Counted from the stretch's first letter, positions 1 through 8,757 are shown. The stretch is 20,000 nucleotides of DNA from an uncultured virus (IMG/VR IMGVR_UViG_3300044641_006529) (IMGVR_UViG_3300044641_006529); one strand, 5' to 3'. Notes: generated by a model not told the origin, from the sequence alone. Translations and numbers: made by a program.

Positions 1-1
1 T

Positions 2-1336
2 TTTGCCAATAATTTAGAAGTTATCGTTGCAATTAGCCGTGAAGGTACGGCTGGTGCAGATGGCGCAAACTCCACTCGTTATGGTTTTGATAGTACCACT
101 ACCGCCCCTACTGCTCCAACCGCAAATAGATTTGCAACCGACAATACCGACCTAACATTGGTAACTGCTTTTAGTGCAGACCAATTAAACCAAAACGGAT
201 TAAATTTTACTGATTGGTGGACATTATTAGAAAATTGGTACAATACAAAAGGTTTAGCTAACAACCTATTGCAAATTCGTGAGGTTGGAAATGATAGTAA
301 TGTTTTTGGTAGTTATAATATAATACAAGTAAAGTGGTTTGGAACTTATGTCACTTTAGATTTACTCTTTCTCGCTGGACAAGGAACATTAGACCCTACA
401 AAAACCTATGTAATAAGTTATGCACTCGTAGGGGCTGAGGGTTCTGCTAATCAAGGCATATCGGCTGCAAATAATGTACAATGGATTTATGATACAGTTA
501 GTCCACCATTGGGTGCTTATTTTGCGTATCAAGGAACGGGTGGTTTGGCTTCTCAAATTACTTCTTTTGAACTAAACGATACAAGCACTACGGGAAATCA
601 ATTTGATTGGTTAGAGTATGCAAGAACAACATCGCTAACGGGTAGTGTTGGTATTTTATCGGTTTGTGATATAACAAGCCCTACTACTCAAAGCAATTTT
701 ACAATAAGTAGCATAACGGATGATGGTGGGTATCATACTTTTAATGTTAGTTTTTTAGGTGGAGCTGATTTTGATTTTAATACATTAACGGCATCAGCGT
801 CAACAGTTTCATTCGCATACGTTTTTAATGGCGTAGGCGGTGGTGGTACGATAGGTGTTTATTATCCCGATATATCTTCGCCAATTGATTTGGCAACAAA
901 TACGATGGTATTTACGGGTGGTGGTGTTACCGTAACCCAAATAAGCGCAAGCGATGTTGAAATAAACATTCCAAGTGGTGGTAGCGATGGTTCTATTGTT
1001 GCATCAATACGCTCATTAAGCACATCAACAACGCTTTCTCCTTTCACGGTTGGCGCTTTAACCATACCTTATAATGGAAATATAACGGGATGGACTATTT
1101 TTAGCGATGTTTCGGGTAGTTGCACGGTTGATTTTTTAAGTGGGAGTTATGCCTCATATCCACCAACTACAAGTATTTTTAGTGGCAATGCACCAAATCT
1201 TGCATCAAACGTAAAAAACGAATTATTAAGTTTGTCTATTGGCGTTACACAAGGCGATGTTTTACTCTGTAATCTTGTATCTATTTCGGGTACAATGTCG
1301 AGAATTGATGTTACATTATTAATCACAAAATCGTAA
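2..1336 (+). CDS. 5'-truncated virion spike/fibre-like protein with repeated beta-rich domains separated by Gly-rich linkers
   Basis: Frame is open from position 2 (FANNLEVIVAISREGTAGADGANS...), so the listed start at 158 is internal. Two ~130-aa modules each follow a G-x-x-G-A/S linker; the C-terminal domain (IPYNGNITGWTIFSDVSGSCTVD) resembles phage fibre ends. Confidence 0.65.
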   Translation, partial: FANNLEVIVAISREGTAGADGANSTRYGFDSTTTAPTAPTANRFATDNTDLTLVTAFSADQLNQNGLNFTDWWTLLENWYNTKGLANNLLQIREVGNDSNVFGSYNIIQVKWFGTYVTLDLLFLAGQGTLDPTKTYVISYALVGAEGSANQGISAANNVQWIYDTVSPPLGAYFAYQGTGGLASQITSFELNDTSTTGNQFDWLEYARTTSLTGSVGILSVCDITSPTTQSNFTISSITDDGGYHTFNVSFLGGADFDFNTLTASASTVSFAYVFNGVGGGGTIGVYYPDISSPIDLATNTMVFTGGGVTVTQISASDVEINIPSGGSDGSIVASIRSLSTSTTLSPFTVGALTIPYNGNITGWTIFSDVSGSCTVDFLSGSYASYPPTTSIFSGNAPNLASNVKNELLSLSIGVTQGDVLLCNLVSISGTMSRIDVTLLITKS

Positions 1337-1340
1337 TTAA

Positions 1341-4300
1341 ATGGCAGCATTAACTTGGACGGGTGCAGTAGATAATAATTATAGCAATGGCGGTAATTGG
1401 ATTGGCGGTACTGGAGGCGCACCATTAAATAATGATACAATTACGTTTAGCGGGTCTGTTGATTGTAATTTAGGAACAAACAGAACCATTGGTGGGGTTA
1501 CATTTACTGGATACACGGGAACATTAATATTTGGCACGTTTAACCTACTTGTAAATGGAAATTTAACCCTACAATCATCGGCTATTAATACTTCGGGTAC
1601 TGGTTTGCTAATTATCGGCACTACTTCAACAATTACTCCAAACGGTGGCAGTTGGTCGGGCAACCTTCAATTAGGCAGCGCAACGTCAATAACTATTTCT
1701 TTGGCTGGTGGTTTTAGCGTCACACAAACACTATCATTTTCATCCACCGTATCATTAGCGGGAACAACATCGAGTTTTAATCTAACAGCAAACGGCAACG
1801 TGGTTGCTAATGGTGGTTGTATTGTTTCAACTACGGTTTCAAATCCCATAACGCTTGTATTTGCTGGTGCTACAACCCAATGGTCGGGAACGGGTAGATT
1901 AGGCTGTAATGTTCAGTTTTTAAATCCAGCAGCCAATTTTACAGTCAGCAGTACGGTTGAATTTGGGTCTATTGTAAGCGGCTCTCAACCACCGCAACTT
2001 CAAGCTATTTCAGCAGCATCAATAACAACGTCAGCCTCAACATTAAATATTATTGGTAATTGCTCGTTATCCACACAATCAGTTATTTGGAATAATGTTG
2101 TCTTTATAAACACAGTTAATCCTTTCCAAGTATTTTGTGGTGAAACATTAAAAATTGGTGGTTCTTTGACAAATAATACTTCCGTTATTCTCGCAAAGTC
2201 AGGCCCAACTATTACCTTACAATTAAACGGCAGTTTAATAAATAATAGTTTGATAAACACCCCCTTTGGAGTAACGTTCAAGATTGAGGTTTTGGGTAAT
2301 GCTTCAACGCCATCAGAATTATTTACGAATAACCCATCTCCATTTGGTCAACTCTATGTAAATTGCGACATTGATATAGTTGCTGGCGCAAATACAATTG
2401 TATTATCAAATTCAATCAATGGTTTGAGCGGGCTTACAAATATATTTACCTTTGGAAACCCAAGCCTTATTGGTGGAAGCACAAGCCCACGTTTTAGATA
2501 TGTTTCGGGCAACTTTACAACAAGTGGCAGAACTATTTATTTACAAGGTTGTACCCTTGAAATGAATGGGTACTCATTGGGTGATGTGGGTATAGTGCCT
2601 ACGCAAGCGCAAGGTCTTGGCAATGATTTTTACACCATAAATCTTGTAGGAAATACATCAATTTCGGGTTCGTTAATAACGGGTGTAAAAAATTATTCGG
2701 GTGGCGGCATTATAAATAGCACTACGGGTACTAATCTTGACATTGGAGGCTCTTTAACTGCTGGATTTACTCAAATAAATCAAATAGGAGGCAATACTAT
2801 TTTACGAATGGTGGGGTCGGGTACGCTTGGCGGTAGTTCTTATACTTGGAGCAACGTTACGCTACAATCGGGAAACTACACCATAACCAATTTTAAATAT
2901 GGTAATCCTTATGTAAGCGGTATTTATGTAGGTATTTTACCAACATTTCTATATGTTGGCGGTGCAATTACTTGGAATGGAACACTATCAATAACAAGAG
3001 CAATTTTGGATTTAGGCGCACAAGTGCTGAATAATTTAACAATAGCTACAAGTAATAGTAGTAATAGTGGTTTTGCATATTTTATTAGAATTAAAGGCAG
3101 TATTTTAAATGTAAATGGCAATTTTAATATTGGCGATGCTGCTAATCAATATGGCTTTTTTGAACTAAATGCCGACCCATTAACTCCAACGGCAAGACTT
3201 GATGTTTTTGGCAATGTTACTTTGGTTGGAACTATTGGGTTTAGCGGTATTAATGGCACAAGCCGTATTTATATGCGAGGAACTGGCACATTGTCGGGGG
3301 GTACATTTGCTGGCAATGGTGGATTTGGTGTTGATGTTTTTATACAAGGCGTTGCAATTACAATTGGCAATGTTACATTTACTCCACAAGCTGGTAAACG
3401 GTTAGAATACATAAGCACTTCGTCCTCATTTAATACTTCGACTGGGCTTATATCAATATCCAACACATTAACTATTAAATCATTGGGTCAAAATTTCGGT
3501 GATGTTTTATTGGCGGGAAATATAATACTTGAAGATAATTTGACGTTGAGCGACTTTACAACGGATAGTTTAGCCAACGCACAAAGACTTATAAGCGGAA
3601 CTGGATTAACCTTAACCATTAGGCGAAACTTAACTTTAAATAATAGTGGTGGGGTTTTAACAACTTCGGGTGTTACTCCTATATCCAAAATAGTTTTGGA
3701 CGCTTCTGAAACGGGTACTGGTACTTGGAGCGCAACAAATCAGCCAATAACAACAATAGACGTTGACCTAAATGCGCCTACACGAACAATTAATGTAACT
3801 GGCACGGTTGGTTTTAATGGTGGTGCTGCGCCACAAAAAACTCTAAAATGGTTTAGCGGAACAACTATTTCAGCAGCGGGTAGTACACTTACAACAAATG
3901 GCGGGTTTTTCGATTTAGGAAATCAAGCGTGGGGTTCATTTGTTGTAGGTGGTGGTACGTCAATAAGTTTAATATCAGATGCTAATTTTACTAATGTAAC
4001 CGTTGGTTCTGCCAACACTACTACTACATTTAATGGGGTGAGTTCGGCAAAGGTGTTAACGATTAATGGAAATTATACATTTAATGGCTCAAACCATTTA
4101 ACTGGAGTTGTCCCCGTAAGTATATTATATAATGGCAATGGCACTTGGACATCAAGCGGATTAACGGTATTAGATATTACGCTTGCAGCGGGAACACGTA
4201 CATTAAGCGGAACAATTTCTTGGGGCGGTAATAAAACATTCATTGCAACGGGGGGTACATTAGCATCGGCTGGTTCTACGTTTAGTGTAGTCGGCAGCAA

Positions 4301-5063
4301 TACAATTACGGTTGACAGAGTAACGATTGGCAGCTTTAACAATGTAACAACATCGGCTAACACAACAACCACATTAAATGCTCAAATGGGCATATTGGGA
4401 ACGTTGGCTTTAAGCAATACGGCAGCAAATGTAACAACATTTGCGTCAAGTTCGACTTTTGGATGGAACGCTGTTAATTTTACTCACGGTGGGGGCGATA
4501 CAATTTGCATACTAAACGCTGGTTCTACTTATAATGTAAGCGGTACGTTTACGCTTTTGGGAACATCAAATACGGTTAGGGCAACTTTGCGTTCAAGTAA
4601 ACTTTCAAGTTTTACTGGTACGGCAAATGGTACAACATTAACATTAGCTACGCCTCCGAGCGGAACGCCTATTGAACCAAATATGGTTTTAAGCCAAGCA
4701 TCGGGTGTCGCCCCACTTTCGTCTTTTGGAGCAATGCTTCCTAACAGACCTATAATTCAAAGTGGTGCTGGATTAAGTTGGGTTCTTGACCCAGCGTTTC
4801 CCGTTCCAGCTTCAACTGGTTCAATACCTATGGAGGCTGGTATAAAAGCTAACTTTAACCTTGCTGCTGGTACTGGAAATGCGCTTGTGTTAAATGCCAC
4901 TACCAAAGACATTAATTCGATTGGTGGGCAAACTATCTATGCTTTCCAAACCTATTTGGATACCCCAACAAATCCACAAGCGAATTTATTCAGAACAATT
5001 AACTGGAACTCATTGCTACCACCATCTTCACCGATTGGAGTAGGATTTTTAAGCGTAACATAA
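1341..5063 (+). CDS. Large (1240 aa) beta-solenoid/adhesin-like virion protein, putative receptor-binding spike
   Basis: N-terminal WTGAVDNNYSNGGNW..P..NDTITF motif typical of beta-helical adhesin passengers. Very G/T/S/N-rich, nearly uncharged, recurrent L-x-V-x-G-N-L-T and G-x-G-T-W/L-S units, no signal peptide; starts 4 nt after the previous stop. Confidence 0.7.
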   Translation: MAALTWTGAVDNNYSNGGNWIGGTGGAPLNNDTITFSGSVDCNLGTNRTIGGVTFTGYTGTLIFGTFNLLVNGNLTLQSSAINTSGTGLLIIGTTSTITPNGGSWSGNLQLGSATSITISLAGGFSVTQTLSFSSTVSLAGTTSSFNLTANGNVVANGGCIVSTTVSNPITLVFAGATTQWSGTGRLGCNVQFLNPAANFTVSSTVEFGSIVSGSQPPQLQAISAASITTSASTLNIIGNCSLSTQSVIWNNVVFINTVNPFQVFCGETLKIGGSLTNNTSVILAKSGPTITLQLNGSLINNSLINTPFGVTFKIEVLGNASTPSELFTNNPSPFGQLYVNCDIDIVAGANTIVLSNSINGLSGLTNIFTFGNPSLIGGSTSPRFRYVSGNFTTSGRTIYLQGCTLEMNGYSLGDVGIVPTQAQGLGNDFYTINLVGNTSISGSLITGVKNYSGGGIINSTTGTNLDIGGSLTAGFTQINQIGGNTILRMVGSGTLGGSSYTWSNVTLQSGNYTITNFKYGNPYVSGIYVGILPTFLYVGGAITWNGTLSITRAILDLGAQVLNNLTIATSNSSNSGFAYFIRIKGSILNVNGNFNIGDAANQYGFFELNADPLTPTARLDVFGNVTLVGTIGFSGINGTSRIYMRGTGTLSGGTFAGNGGFGVDVFIQGVAITIGNVTFTPQAGKRLEYISTSSSFNTSTGLISISNTLTIKSLGQNFGDVLLAGNIILEDNLTLSDFTTDSLANAQRLISGTGLTLTIRRNLTLNNSGGVLTTSGVTPISKIVLDASETGTGTWSATNQPITTIDVDLNAPTRTINVTGTVGFNGGAAPQKTLKWFSGTTISAAGSTLTTNGGFFDLGNQAWGSFVVGGGTSISLISDANFTNVTVGSANTTTTFNGVSSAKVLTINGNYTFNGSNHLTGVVPVSILYNGNGTWTSSGLTVLDITLAAGTRTLSGTISWGGNKTFIATGGTLASAGSTFSVVGSNTITVDRVTIGSFNNVTTSANTTTTLNAQMGILGTLALSNTAANVTTFASSSTFGWNAVNFTHGGGDTICILNAGSTYNVSGTFTLLGTSNTVRATLRSSKLSSFTGTANGTTLTLATPPSGTPIEPNMVLSQASGVAPLSSFGAMLPNRPIIQSGAGLSWVLDPAFPVPASTGSIPMEAGIKANFNLAAGTGNALVLNATTKDINSIGGQTIYAFQTYLDTPTNPQANLFRTINWNSLLPPSSPIGVGFLSVT

Positions 5064-5074
5064 TTTCTTTCAAT

Positions 5075-5224
5075 ATGAACAAAACGGTCAAAATAGCAAC
5101 AATATTAATAGGCGTAGGACTTGCGGGTTTTGTGGGCTACAAAATCTATAATTACTATCGCTTTCGTTCGGGAAACCCAATTAAAGACAATCGTAAAATT
5201 GATATAGTAACCGATAAGAAATGA
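5075..5224 (+). CDS. Small single-TM membrane protein, 49 aa (not in the ORF track)
   Basis: MNKTVKIATILIGVGLAGFVGYKIYNYYRFRSGNPIKDNRKIDIVTDKK*. Fills the gap and its TGA overlaps the next ATG (ATGA, 5221-5224). Confidence 0.8.
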   Translation: MNKTVKIATILIGVGLAGFVGYKIYNYYRFRSGNPIKDNRKIDIVTDKK

Positions 5225-5715
5225 AAAAAAAAATTACAACTCCGATAATTCTCGGTGTTGCTACATTTATTGTAGTAGCTGGGATTTTTGTTTATTCTCA
5301 AATAAACAAGCTGAAAAACTTTACGCTTAAATTTCATAAGATAAAGAACTTTAAGGCTTCGTTGAGCGCAATAACTTTTGACCTTTATATGAAGTTTACA
5401 AATAACTCTGATATTCAAATAGCTTTGGTCGAACAAAACTATAAGATATATCTTAATGGTACATTTGTAACAAACCTAAGTTCAAAGGACAAACAAGTGA
5501 TTGCGCCAAAAGGGGATTCAATTTTAAAGGTGGGTGTTAATATTACCGCTGCACGTTTGGGTACACTATTAGGTTCAATGTCTGTGCAAGAGTTGGGCAA
5601 AATCAAGCAACAAAAACTGCGTATTGATAGCGAAATTAAATATGACCGTAATGGCAAAACACTATCATTCAGCACAAGTTCAGAAGATACAATTCAAAAA
5701 TGGATTGAGGAATAA
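5221..5715 (+). CDS. LEA_2/WHy-like domain protein with N-terminal membrane anchor
   Basis: N-terminal TM (PIILGVATFIVVAGIFVY), then LEA_2-like pattern FTNNSDIQIAL..QNYKIYLNGTFV....QVIAPKGDSILKVGV. Confidence 0.65.
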   Translation: MKKKITTPIILGVATFIVVAGIFVYSQINKLKNFTLKFHKIKNFKASLSAITFDLYMKFTNNSDIQIALVEQNYKIYLNGTFVTNLSSKDKQVIAPKGDSILKVGVNITAARLGTLLGSMSVQELGKIKQQKLRIDSEIKYDRNGKTLSFSTSSEDTIQKWIEE

Positions 5716-5721
5716 TTGAAT

Positions 5722-5729
5722 TATATTTG
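5722..5729 (+). promoter_or_regulatory. Bacteroidota sigma-A -7 element (TATATTTG)
   Basis: Matches TAnnTTTG, intergenic, 21 nt before the ATG at 5751. Confidence 0.6.
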
Positions 5730-5750
5730 TACTCATAAAATCAAATCAGT

Positions 5751-5993
5751 ATGAATATGTTTAGCAACCTTATGGGCGGTCTTATTGACAAAGAACAGAT
5801 TACCCACGATACAATCCAAACTACTCTTGAAAACATTGCAGAAGAACTAAACTGCAACTGGAACGAGTTTTTTGTAATGATTAAGCCTACCGACAACGAG
5901 TTTGAAATGAAGTTTTACATTTACCAACAAGCTACTGGCGAAGCACCAAAGTTTGTTCGTGAAATTTCGCTCAAAGAGATATTGGGTGGATAA
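5751..5993 (+). CDS. Hypothetical acidic protein, 80 aa
   Basis: Clean ORF with a promoter box upstream, packed against the next gene; no recognised motif. Confidence 0.7.
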   Translation: MNMFSNLMGGLIDKEQITHDTIQTTLENIAEELNCNWNEFFVMIKPTDNEFEMKFYIYQQATGEAPKFVREISLKEILGG

Positions 5994-6001
5994 ATAATTT
6001 A

Positions 6002-6715
6002 ATGCTTATGAGTTTACTTGCAGACTTTTTTTCGACCATTTTAGCTGGGGAATCAAAAACTTATAACGACCATAATTGGTACATTACTGGAAGTAAACTA
6101 AAGGGCTACATTCAAGGTGGCTTTGGAACGCCCTATTCATTACTGGGCAATAAGCCTTTAAGCGAACACACCATTGGTGAAGTTATGCAATTTCAATCAA
6201 GGGGAAGGGATGCTACGGGTCAATTGTGGGCTACGGGTAGGTATCAAATTATACCCACAACTTTTAAAGGGTTAGTTTCTGATTTGAAGCTAAAAACCAC
6301 CGATAAGTATGACAAAGCAACCCAAGATAAAATGGGATTGCGCTTGCTTACGGAAAGAACCAACTTGCGTAACTATTTAACATCAGCCGTTCCCGACACT
6401 ACACAAAATCTTGAAAAAGCTGCTTTATCGGTTGCTATGATATGGAGTTCGGTTGGAGTGCCATATCAAGTTCAAGGCAAATATGGAACGGTTCAAAAAA
6501 ACCAGTCGTATTATTCGGGCGGTGGTGATAGGGCAAGTATTACAACCGAAAAGGTGCAAGAAAAACTAAAGGCGTTAAGAAATAATTGGTTAGCAGCAAC
6601 AACGGAAACGATTGTTGAAAAAAAAAAATTAGTTGGTGCGTTCGCTTTTTTGCTTGTATTAGCATCGGGCTGGGTCGCATATCGTCTTTATATAAAAAAA
6701 CCTATAATTCCGTAG
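6002..6715 (+). CDS. Lysozyme-like muramidase/lytic transglycosylase (lambda-R/GH104-like) with C-terminal TM anchor
   Basis: Candidate catalytic Glu in AGESKTYN, TIGEVMQFQ, ATGRYQIIPTT and TQDKMG motifs. C-terminal KKKLVGAFAFLLVLASGWVAYRLY helix. Confidence 0.8.
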   Translation: MLMSLLADFFSTILAGESKTYNDHNWYITGSKLKGYIQGGFGTPYSLLGNKPLSEHTIGEVMQFQSRGRDATGQLWATGRYQIIPTTFKGLVSDLKLKTTDKYDKATQDKMGLRLLTERTNLRNYLTSAVPDTTQNLEKAALSVAMIWSSVGVPYQVQGKYGTVQKNQSYYSGGGDRASITTEKVQEKLKALRNNWLAATTETIVEKKKLVGAFAFLLVLASGWVAYRLYIKKPIIP

Positions 6716-6718
6716 AAT

Positions 6719-7339
6719 ATGACATCACCTAAACTTGTTGATTTAATACATTCACTAAAAAATAAAGATTATGTGGTTTTTGAAGAACCGTATAAATTAA
6801 ATATTGTAGGCATACGCTCGGCTGATGCAAAACAAAATTCATTCGATGATTTAATTTGTGTTTTTTATAAAGACGACAACAATAAGTGGGAGTACAATTG
6901 TTATGCAGCAACCACCGACCCAGGCACATATTTTCTTAACAACCCTATGAGCGGTCTTGGTACAGCCGCTTTAAAAGAGGGGCAATATATAGATGCTTAT
7001 GCACAAGGGTTGCACAAAGGTCAGTATAAAGCACTTGTTCAAGCTGAACCAGTTACAACATATCGTGACCCCGATAGAAATTCCATATTTGATTTTAACA
7101 GCAAAACAACAACTGGCAAGTATGGTATAAATATTCATAAAGCTGGTGCTAATAGCGAAGTAGTAAATAACTGGAGTGCTGGTTGCCAAGTTTTTAAACG
7201 CTCAAATGACTTTGCTGATTTTTTAAAATTAACCGACACACACCGACAAAAGTATGGTAACAAATTCACCTACACTTTGCTTGACGAACGAGCGGACTTA
7301 AAAAAAAAAGAAGATACCTCTTGTACGCATCTCTCTTAG
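6719..7339 (+). CDS. L,D-transpeptidase (YkuD)-like peptidoglycan-active protein; -1 frame extension to 7428 adds a TM anchor
   Basis: GINIHKAG...NWSAGCQVF gives the His...S-x-G-C arrangement of YkuD-fold enzymes; ATTDPG motif. Ends shortly after an A10 tract at 7300-7309. Confidence 0.7.
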   Translation: MTSPKLVDLIHSLKNKDYVVFEEPYKLNIVGIRSADAKQNSFDDLICVFYKDDNNKWEYNCYAATTDPGTYFLNNPMSGLGTAALKEGQYIDAYAQGLHKGQYKALVQAEPVTTYRDPDRNSIFDFNSKTTTGKYGINIHKAGANSEVVNNWSAGCQVFKRSNDFADFLKLTDTHRQKYGNKFTYTLLDERADLKKKEDTSCTHLS

Positions 7340-7428
7340 TTCTCGCTGGTGGGGTATTTGTTTATTGGAAAGGCTATTTCAAAGAGTATTTAAAAACGCC
7401 AAAACAACTAATTAACAATTTAAAGTAA
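7300..7428 (+). CDS. Out-of-frame C-terminal TM segment of the upstream gene (reached by -1 frameshift or one extra A)
   Basis: -1 frame reads KKKRRYLLYASLLVLAGGVFVYWKGYFKEYLKTPKQLINNLK*, has no ATG of its own, and stops 2 nt before the ATG at 7431. Confidence 0.7.
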   Translation, partial: KKKRRYLLYASLLVLAGGVFVYWKGYFKEYLKTPKQLINNLK

Positions 7429-7430
7429 AA

Positions 7431-7871
7431 ATGATTATTAGCGGAAAAGTAAAAAGTAATGGTAATGATTTGCTAATTGGTGCGATAGTTTACGAATCGT
7501 CCGAAGCGGGTGCGCCTATCAATAATGTTGCAACAACGACAAGTGTTGATGGAAACTACACGCTCAATACAAAAGCAGCCAATAGCTATCTTACGGCAAA
7601 GCTAATAGGATATTCAGCTAAAACTATAAAAGCAGAAAATCCAAGTATTAATTTCGTATTACAGCCTACTACACAAACATTGGGTACGGTGGAAATATTT
7701 GCGGATGCACCAAAGCCCCCCGAACCGCCAAAGCCTCAACCACCACCACCCAAAATAAGCTGGTGGGATAAAAACAGCCTTTACGTTTATTTGGGTGCTG
7801 GGGCATTAGCAACAATAATTATTGCAGCAATCATAACCTCGCAAATTAGTAAACCAGTTAAAGGTGCATAA
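7431..7871 (+). CDS. CarboxypepD_reg-like (SusC N-terminal extension-like) domain, Pro-rich linker and C-terminal TM
   Basis: ISGKVKS..NDLLIGAIV...TTTSVDGNYTL...LTAKLIGYSAKTI...INFVLQP..QTLGTVEI follows the SusC/TonB-dependent receptor NTE pattern; then PKPPEPPKPQPPPPK and LYVYLGAGALATIIIAAII. Confidence 0.75.
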   Translation: MIISGKVKSNGNDLLIGAIVYESSEAGAPINNVATTTSVDGNYTLNTKAANSYLTAKLIGYSAKTIKAENPSINFVLQPTTQTLGTVEIFADAPKPPEPPKPQPPPPKISWWDKNSLYVYLGAGALATIIIAAIITSQISKPVKGA

Positions 7872-7877
7872 ACCTCC

Positions 7878-7903
7878 AAAGCAGCCAATCGGTTGCTTTT
7901 TTT
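7878..7903 (+). terminator. Rho-independent terminator between the convergent arms
   Basis: AAAGCAGCC-AATC-GGTTGCTTT hairpin followed by a T run, between the stops at 7871 (+) and 7902 (-). Confidence 0.75.
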
Positions 7904-8570
7904 ATTTTGGTAGCGTTGCTAAACCAAAGCCAAGTAAAAACCCGAAGCCAATTTTTGCCCCAGCCGTTTCATACCAACGTTTCTTTTTCATCAAATAAAT
8001 ATTGTCGAAATTGGTAAGTTGAACGTTGGGGTTGTCTATTTTTAATCGTACAACTTGATGTGACTTCCCTAAAAACCTTCCTCTCCATCCATTTACCAGC
8101 GTATCCCCCACAGCATAGGTAAAATTAGCTTTCGTAATGAACGAATCTATTTGAATGGCATTTTTTGTAATAGTTCCACCGACTGAATACCATTTGTCTG
8201 TTTTGTAAAATGACTGAGGCACGGACAAACACGAATCACCACAATTGTTTTCGTTGGTTTGCGCTAAAGGTATTTCGGTTTTTGTTACAATTTTAGTTTG
8301 CACTTTAACTATTTCTTTAGGCTTACGCATTTCCAGTTCTTTGATAATTTGTGCATAATTATCTTTTATACCATTAGCGGTGCTAAGTTTGTAACGCAAA
8401 CTAACCAATTGACTTGAATCAGCTTCACGTCTTATTATGTATTTATTGTTTTCCGACTGGGCAGCGGTCAGTTCTCTTTCGATTTGCGACACGTAACTGG
8501 CTTCATTGATAGCAAATAGTGTAAGTGCTGTAATAACAGCGGCTATAAGTAGCATTTTAACCTTTTCCAT
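7902..8570 (-). CDS. Putative spanin-like lysis protein (N-terminal TM, coiled coil, beta region, hydrophobic C-terminus)
   Basis: N-terminal hydrophobic helix, helical periplasmic stretch, C-terminal KKKRWYE..KIGFGFLLGFGL. Architecture recalls DUF6549-like proteins near Bacteroidota phage lysis genes (by eye). Confidence 0.5.
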   Translation of the reverse strand: MEKVKMLLIAAVITALTLFAINEASYVSQIERELTAAQSENNKYIIRREADSSQLVSLRYKLSTANGIKDNYAQIIKELEMRKPKEIVKVQTKIVTKTEIPLAQTNENNCGDSCLSVPQSFYKTDKWYSVGGTITKNAIQIDSFITKANFTYAVGDTLVNGWRGRFLGKSHQVVRLKIDNPNVQLTNFDNIYLMKKKRWYETAGAKIGFGFLLGFGLATLPK

Positions 8571-8757
8571 AGTTTATTTTTTTTAGTAGTTTATTCCAAC
8601 ACGTTTTAAAATTGTTAGAGTTTCTTAGTTTTTCTTTCAAAACCACTTTAGCTGTTTCTATTGGCATTTCGTAATCGCCAACATATTCTGCAAGAGATAT
8701 GATTAATTTATCGTCAGCCTCTTTATCAGACTTTGGCAAAAACTCGGCTGGGTTCAT
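8557..8757 (-). CDS. Hypothetical protein, 66 aa
   Basis: ATGA overlap with the PAS-HisKA stop, and overlaps the start of the spanin-like gene. Confidence 0.6.
   Translation of the reverse strand: MNPAEFLPKSDKEADDKLIISLAEYVGDYEMPIETAKVVLKEKLRNSNNFKTCWNKLLKKINYGKG

Noticed and set aside
79..4372. Many antisense or alternate-frame ORFs of 60-99 aa within the two adhesin genes
   Set aside because: Shadow ORFs caused by the Gly/Thr/Asn codon bias of the + strand genes; no motifs or start context.
5224..5233. A10 run at the start of the LEA_2 gene
   Set aside because: In frame directly after the ATG (MKKK); A-rich starts are normal in Bacteroidota and I saw no meaningful alternative product.
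7703..7755. Pro-rich low-complexity stretch resembling a DNA repeat
   Set aside because: It is a coding PKPPEPPKPQPPPPK linker with variable codons.
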